NCBI GenBank assembly: GCA_965224245.1
Contig: OZ245046.1
Location: forward strand, 4,312,382 to 4,376,381
DNA: 64,000 nt
Direction of reading: 5' to 3'
From: Candidatus Eiseniibacteriota bacterium
Lineage (GTDB): Bacteria; Eisenbacteria; RBG-16-71-46; CAZAMP01
Shown: positions 1 through 8,053 of the stretch, in pieces
Position numbering within the stretch: the stretch's first letter is position 1
How the letters are laid out: the number at the start of each line of letters is the position of its first letter
Notes under the pieces: model-generated
What the model was told of the DNA's origin: nothing
The model's input: the letters and a program-made list of their open reading frames with translations, nothing else
Databases searched by the model: none
Translations under genes and position numbers: made by a program

Positions 1-2802
1 TTCGAGCACTGGCGCGACGTCCGCGCCGCCCACATCGAGGTCCGCGAGCGCATCGATCGCGCCAGGGGCGAGCTGCCCGACGACGTGGGCGACATCACGA
101 TCTCCGGCAGCTGGGACTCCGGCGAGGCGGAGCGACCGATCCTCGAGGCGCGCGTCGCATCGACGCGCGATCTGAGCGAGAGCTACGACCTCATCGAGCG
201 GAAGATCGTCCGACCGCTGGAGCGGATCCCCGGGGTGGCGCAGGTCGGCCTCGACGGCGTGAATCCGAAGGAGGTGCGGATCAACCTGCGCCCGCGCGAC
301 GTGGCCGCTCACGGGCTCGACGTGCGCGACGCGCTGTCGGTCCTGCTCGACAACAACCAGGACCTGAGCCTGGGACACGTGGGCGACGAGGAGCAGACGT
401 TCGCCCTGCGGGCGATCGGGACGTTTCGTTCGGTCGAGGAGATCGGCGCGCTCCCCATCCGCGAGGACGGGCTCCGCCTCTCGGACATCGCGGACGTTCG
501 CTACGAGGAGCCACCGCTCGAGCACGCCCGGCACCTCGACGGCGAGTTCGCGGTGGGGCTCACGATCAGCCAGGAGGCGAACGCCAACACGGTGGCGATC
601 TGCGACGAGGTCTCCCGGCGGGTTCGCGCGATGGGCGACGATCCCGAGCTCCAGGGCGTCAACCTCCTCGTGTGGTCCGATCAGGGCGCCGAGATCCGGA
701 ACACGCTGGAGAGCCTCTTCGCCTCGGGCGTGTTCGGCGCCGCCCTGGCGTCGATCGTGCTGTTCGCGTTCCTCCGGCGTGTGACCAGCACGGCGGTGGC
801 CGTGGCCAGCATCCCGTTCTCGCTGATCGTGGCCTGCGGCGTCCTCTGGTCCCAGGGACGGACGCTCAACACGATCACGCTTCTCGGGCTCATCGTCGGC
901 ATCGGCATGCTGGTCGACAACGCCGTGGTGGTGATGGAGAACATCTTCCGCCACCAGGAACGCGGTCTGGATCGGGCGACCGCGGCCCGCCTGGGATCGC
1001 GCGAGGTGTCCACGGCCGTGATCGCGGCCACGTTGACGTCGGTGATCGCGTTCGTGCCGATGCTGTTCAATCGCCCGTCCGAGATGAGCGTGATCCTGCG
1101 CGAGCTGGCGATCACGGTGGGCGTCACGCTGCTGGCGTCGCTCTTCGTGAGCCAGACGCTGATCCCGCTGGCGATCGCCCACCTGCCGGCCGGCTCGCGG
1201 CCCCGGCGCGGCTGGCGCACGCGCGCGATGGAACGCGGCTACTCGCGCATCCTGGCCTTCAGCCTGCGCCGCCGGTGGGTCGGCGTCGCGCTCGGGCTGG
1301 CGGTCACGGCCTCGGGCATCTTCCCCGCCCTTCGCGTCGATCTGAACATGGACACGAACGAGGCCGAGATGTTCGTCACCGTCCGCTACGACTTCTCCGA
1401 GGAGCTGAGTCTCGACCGCAAGGAGCAGGTGGTCTCCCGGGTCGAGAACGCGCTCGATCCGCACCGCGAGGAGATGTCGGCCAAGTCGATCTACAGCTTC
1501 TGGAGCGAGAACTTCGCCATCACCCGCGTCTACCTGGAGGACGGCAGCGTGAACGAGCGCGAGATCGCGCGGGTGCGCGCGGCGCTCCGGCCGCTCTTGC
1601 CCGAGCTTCCCGGCGTGCGCCTGGAGGTCATGGACTCCGGACCGTTCTGGCGCCGCGACCGGGGCAAGCGGGTGGCGTTTCAGATCTACGGCGAGGACTC
1701 CGACGTGATCGCCGATCTGGCCGAGAAGGCCAAGGACCGCCTCCGCGAGATCGACGGCCTCGTGGAGCCGTTCTCCAGCGCCGAGGGCGGCAGCGACGAG
1801 CTGCACGTCGAGCTGGATCGAGAGCGCGCGCTCGCGTTCGGCATCCCGTTTCGGCAGCCCTCGGACGTCGTCGGTCTGACGTTCCGCGGACGCTCGCTGC
1901 CCAAGTACCGTGGGGACGGCAACGAGCGCGAGATGCGTCTCCTCCTGGACGAGCGCGAGACCGCGACGCTGAGCCAGCTCGAGAACCTGCCGCTCGAGAA
2001 CCGGGACGGCGAGACGATCCCGCTGGCCTCGATCGCCACGTTCGAGGTGCGATCGGGCCCCTCGCGCGTGATGCGCGAGGACCGGCTCACCAGCGTCTGG
2101 GTCGGGGCGCGCTACGACGAGGGCACGCGGCGCGACTATCTGCCGCAGGTGGAGGCCGCCCTCGCCACCCTGGAGTTCCCCGACGGATACGGCTGGACGA
2201 TGTCCCGGACCGACGAGCGGAAACGCCGTCAATCGACGGAGTTCGTGACCAACCTGTCGCTGGCGCTCCTGTTGATCTTCGCGGTCATGGCCAGCCTCTT
2301 CGAGAGCGTGCGCCAGGCGGTGGGACTGATGGTGTCGCTGCCGTTCGCGATCTCCGGCGCGGCGTGGACGCTCTATCTGACCGGCACCGACTTCGATCAG
2401 CCGGCCGCCGTCGGTCTCCTGGTGCTGATCGGCGTGGTCGTGAACAACGGCATCGTCATGCTGGAGCACGTGAACACGTACCGGCGCGCCGGACGCTCAC
2501 GAACGCACGCGATCATGCGAGGGGGTCGCGAGCGACTCCGCCCGATCCTCATGACCACGCTGACCACGCTCATCAGCCTCACCCCGATCGTCGTCCAGCG
2601 GCCGGCGCTGGCCGGCGTGTACTACTACTCGATGGCGCTGGTGATCATGGGCGGGCTCCTGGTCTCGACCGTGCTGACGCTGTTCGTCCTGCCCACGAGC
2701 ACGATCCTGGCCGAGGACATCCCGGCCGGACTGGCCCGGCTCATCGGCGGTGTGTTCCGGCGGGGGCTCCGGCGCCCGATCCCCGAGGCCGGGGCCCGGT
2801 GA
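1..2802 (+). CDS. RND efflux transporter permease subunit (AcrB/AcrD/AcrF family), 5'-truncated by window edge
   Basis: Frame is open from base 1 (FEHWRDVRAAHIEVRERIDR...). RND motifs GMLVDNAVVVMENI, GVVVNNGIVM and RLRPILMTTLTT, with two TM bundles and large periplasmic loops. Confidence 0.95.
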   Translation, partial: FEHWRDVRAAHIEVRERIDRARGELPDDVGDITISGSWDSGEAERPILEARVASTRDLSESYDLIERKIVRPLERIPGVAQVGLDGVNPKEVRINLRPRDVAAHGLDVRDALSVLLDNNQDLSLGHVGDEEQTFALRAIGTFRSVEEIGALPIREDGLRLSDIADVRYEEPPLEHARHLDGEFAVGLTISQEANANTVAICDEVSRRVRAMGDDPELQGVNLLVWSDQGAEIRNTLESLFASGVFGAALASIVLFAFLRRVTSTAVAVASIPFSLIVACGVLWSQGRTLNTITLLGLIVGIGMLVDNAVVVMENIFRHQERGLDRATAARLGSREVSTAVIAATLTSVIAFVPMLFNRPSEMSVILRELAITVGVTLLASLFVSQTLIPLAIAHLPAGSRPRRGWRTRAMERGYSRILAFSLRRRWVGVALGLAVTASGIFPALRVDLNMDTNEAEMFVTVRYDFSEELSLDRKEQVVSRVENALDPHREEMSAKSIYSFWSENFAITRVYLEDGSVNEREIARVRAALRPLLPELPGVRLEVMDSGPFWRRDRGKRVAFQIYGEDSDVIADLAEKAKDRLREIDGLVEPFSSAEGGSDELHVELDRERALAFGIPFRQPSDVVGLTFRGRSLPKYRGDGNEREMRLLLDERETATLSQLENLPLENRDGETIPLASIATFEVRSGPSRVMREDRLTSVWVGARYDEGTRRDYLPQVEAALATLEFPDGYGWTMSRTDERKRRQSTEFVTNLSLALLLIFAVMASLFESVRQAVGLMVSLPFAISGAAWTLYLTGTDFDQPAAVGLLVLIGVVVNNGIVMLEHVNTYRRAGRSRTHAIMRGGRERLRPILMTTLTTLISLTPIVVQRPALAGVYYYSMALVIMGGLLVSTVLTLFVLPTSTILAEDIPAGLARLIGGVFRRGLRRPIPEAGAR

Positions 2803-2839
2803 GTAGCCGTCCGTCGACCCACTCCATGCCGGGACGTCC

Positions 2840-3775
2840 ATGAGCGAGCCCGCTCCGCTTCGCATCGATCTCGACCAGCCGCGCCGCGGGTATCGCGAGT
2901 TCATCAGCGCGTGGCTCGTCGTGCGGGACGACGTGCGGTATGTGGTCGACCCGGGGCCGACGTCCACCATCCCGCATCTGATCGAGCGAACCCGGGCGCA
3001 GACAGAGCGGCTGGATCTCGTCCTCCTCACCCACATCCACATCGATCACGCGGGTGGCACGGGGGCGGTCGTCTCGGCGTTTCCCGGGTGCAAGGTCGCG
3101 TGTCTGCCGCGTGCGCGGGCGCACCTCGTGGATCCGTCGCGGCTCTGGGCCGGATCGCGCGCGGTGCTCGGCGACGTGGCCGACATGTACGGTCCCATCC
3201 TGCCCGTACCCGAGGACGCCTTCGCCGGTGACGACGACCTCGAGCGGCGCTCGCTCGTGATGATCCCGACGCCCGGGCATGCCCCGCACCACGTCGCGTT
3301 CCGTGACGGGGGCCGCGTCTTCGTGGGCGAGGCGCTGGGCACGCGCGCCGGCACCGCGAGCGGAATCTACCGCCGGCCGGCCACGCCGCCGCGGTTCGAG
3401 CGGGAGGTCGCGCTCGCGTCGATCGATCGGATCGGCGCGCTGGAGGACGTTGAGCGGTTTCACTTCGGGCACCACGGCGAGGAGGCGCTCGGCGACGGCG
3501 CCGTCGCGGCCGCGCGCGATCAGCTCCGGCGGTGGACGGACGTCGTGCGGCGCGTGCTCGCGGACGGGGGCTCGGGATCGGGTCAGGGATCCGGTGGCGG
3601 ACCGGACGGCTGGACGTCCCGGTGTCGCGACGCGCTCCTCGCGAGCGACCCCGATTTCGCGCGGCTCACCGAGCTCGACGACGACGTCCGGGAGCGTGAG
3701 GAGACGTTCGTCGTGAACTCGCTGACGGGCATGCGGGGATGGGTGGAATCGGTCCGGTCAGGGGAATCGGACTGA
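2840..3775 (+). CDS. MBL-fold metallo-hydrolase
   Basis: THIHIDHAGG (HxHxDH), TPGHAPHH and a C-terminal FGH motif. Confidence 0.92.
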   Translation: MSEPAPLRIDLDQPRRGYREFISAWLVVRDDVRYVVDPGPTSTIPHLIERTRAQTERLDLVLLTHIHIDHAGGTGAVVSAFPGCKVACLPRARAHLVDPSRLWAGSRAVLGDVADMYGPILPVPEDAFAGDDDLERRSLVMIPTPGHAPHHVAFRDGGRVFVGEALGTRAGTASGIYRRPATPPRFEREVALASIDRIGALEDVERFHFGHHGEEALGDGAVAAARDQLRRWTDVVRRVLADGGSGSGQGSGGGPDGWTSRCRDALLASDPDFARLTELDDDVREREETFVVNSLTGMRGWVESVRSGESD

Positions 3776-3990
3776 ACAAAGCCGCCGATCTGACCCTGTC
3801 GAGGCCTCACAGTGCTCCGGGCTGGTGGGCGGGCTTTGCTGAAGCTCATCCGGAATCGCGGGGTGGCGGAGTTCGTCTCGAGACCTCGACGTCGAACGTC
3901 GAGCCTCGTTCGCGCGTCGGCGGCTCTGCGCTCGCCGCTCCCGCCGGATGCCGGAGGTGGTGATCGTACCCGGGTATCGGGGACAATGCG

Positions 3991-4112
3991 GGGCGCTGGG
4001 TGCTCGGTGCTGGGCGCTGGGTGCTGGGCGCTGGGTGCTGGGCGCTGGGTGCTCGGCGCGGGCGCTGGGTGCTCCACGCGGGCGCTGGGCGCTCGGCGCG
4101 GGCGCTGGGCGC
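3991..4112. repeat. Degenerate heptamer tandem repeat (GGGYGCT)n
   Basis: gggcgct/gggtgct/cggtgct units repeated more than ten times with interruptions; intergenic. Confidence 0.9.
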
Positions 4113-4250
4113 CGGGGCACCCGGCTCGACGGTGATCGGCGATGCGGTCGTGCCTCGGGACGTCGCCGACTCGCGCGCGAACGTCTCCAGTGCGGCGGGT
4201 CAGAGCGCGGGCCGGAGTGTGTTAAAGTATTGTCACGTATTGATTTATGC

Positions 4251-4279
4251 TTGACTTCGCCCGGCCGTTCCGGTAGTCT
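4251..4279 (+). promoter_or_regulatory. Putative sigma70 promoter TTGACT-N17-TAGTCT with AT-rich upstream tract
   Basis: ttgact at 4251-4256, 17-nt spacer, tagtct at 4274-4279, preceded by an AT-rich stretch (about 4220-4250) in GC-rich surroundings; points toward the HNH gene. Confidence 0.65.
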
Positions 4280-4533
4280 TCTCACGTCGATCAGCCCCAG
4301 ATCGACGGACCTCTCCCCCGCGGTGGATCGAGCAGTTGCCAGTTCCTTCGCCGCGCACGCCCCGGGCGATGGCGTTCACCGGTCGATCTCCGTCAGCGCC
4401 GATTGATGACGCGGCGCCGTGCGATCGGATCGGCCGGTCGTCCGAGGCTCAACACCGTCGACTGAGGGGTGCATCATGCGGGTATCCAGGTCCGAGCCAT
4501 CGCGTGTCGCGAACGTGTCCCGCACGAACACGA

Positions 4534-4655
4534 GCCGTCTCCAGGGGGCGGACGTTCGGAGCGACGCGCGCTCCCGTCTTCAGGGGACGGACGTTCGGAA
4601 CAACGCGCGCTCCCGTCTTCAGGGGACGGACGCTCGGCGCGAGGCGCGCTCGCGT
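4534..4655 (+). repeat. 39-bp tandem repeat x3 (SRLQGxDVRxxAR) at the 5' end of the HNH gene
   Basis: cccgtcttcaggggacggacg at 4573 and 4612, with a variant copy at about 4534. Confidence 0.85.
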
Positions 4656-5065
4656 CGCGCCTGCCGGCGGCTGGAGCGCGTGCGACGTCTGGAAGGCCGC
4701 GCCAGCGTCGCGGTCGCGCTGTCGTTCGCCGAGATCGACGCCGAGCACCACTACCGCGTGCTCGGCTTCACCTCGATGCTGGCGTACGCGACCGAGCGAC
4801 TGGAGATGTCGGCGTCGCGGTGTCATCAGCTGCGGGGGCTGTCCGAGCGGATGCGGGAGTTCCCGGCGCTCCGCGACGCGATGGCGTCGGGCCGGCTGAG
4901 CTGGACGAAGGCGCGCGCGATCGCGCCGATCCTGACCGCCTCGTCCGCGGATGCGTGGATCGGGCTGGCGTCGCGTCTGTCGCGTCGGGAGCTGGAGCAG
5001 CGGATCGCGGACGCCCGGGCGGCGGCGCGGCGGGCGGTCGGTGGCGCGGCCCAGGAGACGATCCG

Positions 5066-5275
5066 GGTCGATCCGGCGGCGGTGGCCGACTCGGCGACGG
5101 TGGCGGACTCCACCGCGGTGGTCGATTCCGCCACCGTCGTCGAACCTGCCACGGTCGGCTCCACCGCGGTGGTCGACTCCGCCGCGGTGGTCGACCCTGC
5201 CGCGGTGGTCGACTGCGCTACCCCGGTCGACCCAGCCGGGGTGCTCGACGCCGCCGCGAAGGTCGGCGATGCCGC
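5066..5275 (+). repeat. Degenerate 18-bp coding repeat (VDPAAV/VDSATV)
   Basis: Repeated gtcgac...gccgcggtg units giving hexapeptide repeats. Confidence 0.75.
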
Positions 5276-6104
5276 CGCGACATCGCCGCCGACGCTCGAG
5301 GTGACCCTCGAGCTGCGCGTCCGTCTCGATACCCTCTCCCATGCGCACGCCGAGGCCGCGTGGGAGCACGCCCGGAAGCACGGGTTCCGGGGCTCGAAGG
5401 CGGAGTTCGTCGTCGCGGCGATGGCGATGTTCGCGAACGCCCTGTCGTCGGGGTTGGCGGCTCGGTCGACGGCGTCGGGAGCGGCGGCTCGGTCGACGTC
5501 GGCGCCGTCCTCCTCATCCCCGTCGGCTTCCTCATCCCGCGTGCGTCCTGCGTCTCCGGCGTCTCCGTCGTCGTCGGCGTCCCCCTCGGGCGTCATGGCC
5601 CACGACGTCTTCCTCATCGACGGCGATGGTGGCAGGAGCGGGACCGCGGTCGTGCTATCAGATCGTCGTCCAGGACTGTCCGACCTGTCGACGGGCGCGC
5701 ATCGGGGATCGTGCGCTTCCCGACGTCATGCGCCGGGCCATTCTTGCCGACGCGGACGTCGTCGATGCCCGGGGCCGGCGTCGCGCCAGCATCGCGCCGA
5801 GCCTGCGGCGACGCGTGCTCGCACGCGACGAGCACCGATGTCGTGTACCCGGGTGCAACAGCCGGCATCACCTCGCGGTGCATCATCGGCTGCCCGTGGA
5901 GCTCGGGGGTCGGAACACGCTGGAGACCTGGCCACGGTGTGCTGGCGCTGTCACGCCGCGTTGCACGCGATGCCGGTGGCCGCGGCGCGCGAGGTGTGGC
6001 TCGACGCGCGACGGCGCGAGTGACCGCGAGTCGCGAACGACGGAACGAGCTCCCGCGCCAGGTGCGGGAGGCCGTCTCCGGCGTCGCAACCTCTCGGGGA
6101 CGTG

Positions 6105-6180
6105 AACGGGCGACGGGCCTCATCGGTATCCAACGGGCGACGGGCATCATCGGTACCCAACGGGCGACGGGCATCATCCG
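6105..6180. repeat. 27-bp tandem repeat x3
   Basis: aacgggcgacgggc(a/c)tcatc at 6105, 6132 and 6159. Confidence 0.9.
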
Positions 6181-6231
6181 GATCACGAGGGTCACGTGCG
6201 CCGAGAGGTTCACCACCGTCATCTCTGGACT

Positions 6232-6795
6232 CTCGTCCAGCCGACGATGGCGTTCCTCGAGCTGCTCGACGGTCAGGAGGTAGGTGTCGAACGTGTACTG
6301 CTCGGCCGGATGCTCGAAGCTCGACGTCTGCAACCAGCGACGGTGGTGAGCGATTCAGGCCCTCTTGCTCTGAGTGTGCGTGCAGCCCCGGCGGAGCATG
6401 AACGTGCCCGGGCGATGTCGCGCCGGTGTCAGCTCTCGTCCCACCGCGTCGCGACATCGGCACAGAACGCGGGCCGACACCTCCGTCGCGTCACTCACGC
6501 CCGGCTCCTCTTGCATGCGGCTCTGGCGCCGCCGGCGCCGACCCGCGACCGGGGCTCTGACCCCGCTCATGCTCAACACAGGACGACGGTGCAATCGCGG
6601 GCCGGTCGTTCCATACGGTCCGGTGTGAAACGGGACGCGTCGAGACACGTTCCGCCGCGGCGCGCGCCTCCTCGTGGGCGAGGGTCCGGCCCCGCGCAGG
6701 CACGTCGACCGGATCCACTGCGAGACCGACCGTGTACCGCCGTCTCTGCTGGGCTACAATCGTGGCTACGTCGATCGACTCTTCGGACACCCCGC
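6232..6795 (-). mobile_element. Degenerate IS110-family transposase remnant
   Basis: Minus-strand translation reads ARVLCRCRDAVGRELTPARHRPGTFMLRRG...KRA*IAHHRRWLQTSSFEHPAEQYTFDTYLLTVEQLEER, matching the IS110 central helical region (RDLCR.R......RHRL.KFLLRRG...W...HRRWL...F.H....F..YL..IEQLEER). The in-frame TGA at 6355-6357 replaces the conserved Trp. Decayed N-terminal motifs ESIDVA (about 6770-6785) and HTGPYG (compare YEAGPCG) lie further upstream. Confidence 0.75.
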
Positions 6796-6882
6796 GCTGG
6801 ACGCTCGGTGTTCGACCTTCACCCTGCCCCGCATCCGTCCATCGAGCCAGCGCGGATCACCGACGACCGAGGGGAGGAATCC

Positions 6883-7980
6883 GTGACGGTCCACCTCACA
6901 CGATGCGCCGCCCTCGTCGTGATCCTGGCGCGAGCCGGTCTCGCGGAACCGATGCCCGATTACCTGACCTCCGCAGAGCCCTACGCCGTGGACTTCATGA
7001 TCGGCGGCGAGCTCGACGACGAAGCGAGCTACCTCTATCAGCCCCGCGATCTCGCGATCGATGCCGACGGCAATCTCTTCGTGCTGGACACGAAGGGCTA
7101 CTGCATCAAGAAGTTCGACCCGACCGGAGAATACCTGGCCACGTTCGGGCGACAGGGCGAGGGACCCGGCGAGATGGAGCGCGCATACTCGATGTCGCTC
7201 GATCCGGAAGGCAACGTCGTCATCTACGACACCCAGCAGCGGCGGTTCACCACGTTCGGTCCGGATGGAACGCCGACCGAGACGGTCGGACTGTACGAGC
7301 TCGGCCGGCGCTCCATCCGGGACTTCGAGATCGGGCCGCGCGGATCGGTCTACGTCGTCACGCGGTGGCAGGACTGGGTCGAGCTCAGCCGTCCGGCGCT
7401 CTTCGTGCTCGAGCGGCTCGATCTCGACACGCTCGAGGAGACGCCGATCGACTCGACGCGCGCGACCGACATGTACGTCGTGCGGGACGGGAACACCACG
7501 TGGTCGGTGAGCGCCCCGTTCCCCCATCACCTGCGCTGGGGTGTCGCCCCCTCCGGAAAGGTGGTCACCTGCGACTCGGGCGACTACGTGATCGAGATCT
7601 ACTCACCGGAGCTCCGGCTCCTGAGTACACGCCGGCACGACGTCGATCCGGATCCGGTGACCGATGCGGACCTCGAGCAGTATCTCGAGACATACGAGGA
7701 GGGGCGGTGGCGGGACATGGCCCGCGACGCGGACGTCCCCGAGTTCAAGCCGTACTTCGAGCACATGCACATCGATGACGGCGGCTACCTCCTCTTTCAG
7801 CGGTCCGGAGACGACTCCGACGTCGCGACCTACGACGTGTTCGACCCCGACGGGGTCTTCCTCGATCAGGTCGAGCTGCCGTCGCTGGGAGGGGACGCGA
7901 TCATCACCCAGGATCGGATACTCGACATCGGTGTCGATGAGGACGAGTCACCGGTCGTGTATTGCTACCGTCGCCCGTGA
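6883..7980 (+). CDS. Secreted 6-bladed beta-propeller (NHL-repeat) protein
   Basis: GTG 6883 follows GGGGAGGA; signal-like N-terminus; LYQPRDLAIDADGNLFVLD and FGRQGEGPGE motifs. The upstream part of ORF 6196-7980 is not credible coding sequence. Confidence 0.85.
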   Translation: MTVHLTRCAALVVILARAGLAEPMPDYLTSAEPYAVDFMIGGELDDEASYLYQPRDLAIDADGNLFVLDTKGYCIKKFDPTGEYLATFGRQGEGPGEMERAYSMSLDPEGNVVIYDTQQRRFTTFGPDGTPTETVGLYELGRRSIRDFEIGPRGSVYVVTRWQDWVELSRPALFVLERLDLDTLEETPIDSTRATDMYVVRDGNTTWSVSAPFPHHLRWGVAPSGKVVTCDSGDYVIEIYSPELRLLSTRRHDVDPDPVTDADLEQYLETYEEGRWRDMARDADVPEFKPYFEHMHIDDGGYLLFQRSGDDSDVATYDVFDPDGVFLDQVELPSLGGDAIITQDRILDIGVDEDESPVVYCYRRP

Positions 7981-7987
7981 CCGGTGG

Positions 7988-8032
7988 CGTCGAGGATGTC
8001 ACGGATGTCGAGGATGTCACGGATGTCGAGGC
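7988..8032. repeat. Short 9/18-bp tandem repeat between convergent genes
   Basis: gtcgaggatgtcacggat repeated about 2.5 times. Confidence 0.8.
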
Positions 8033-8053
8033 CGTCCGGCGTCGAGGCCGGAC

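Larger units (their letters stand above)
4476..6023 (+). pseudogene. DUF222-like / HNH endonuclease gene with two compensating frameshifts
   Basis: N-terminal region (LGFTSMLAYATERL...LRDAMASGRLSWTKARAI) is in the frame of ORF 4419-6023. YQIVVQDCPTC and RRRVLARDEHRCRVPGC...VHHRLPVELGG are in the +1 frame (ORF 5341-6105). LATVCWRCHAALH is back in the first frame after about 5926. ATG 4476 follows GAGGGG. Confidence 0.75.

Noticed and set aside
3771-3860. attC-like start (ACTGAAC-N13-TGAC) at the MBL stop, with an imperfect inverted repeat caaagccgcc/ggcgggctttg
   Set aside because: There is no matching GTTRRRY end or complementary L box, no integrase and no other cassettes; it is more likely an ordinary hairpin.
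4534-4655. Possible mini-CRISPR (39-bp period), and likewise the 27-bp repeat at 6105-6180
   Set aside because: The units are directly tandem with no unique spacers, the first is in-frame coding sequence, and no cas genes are present.
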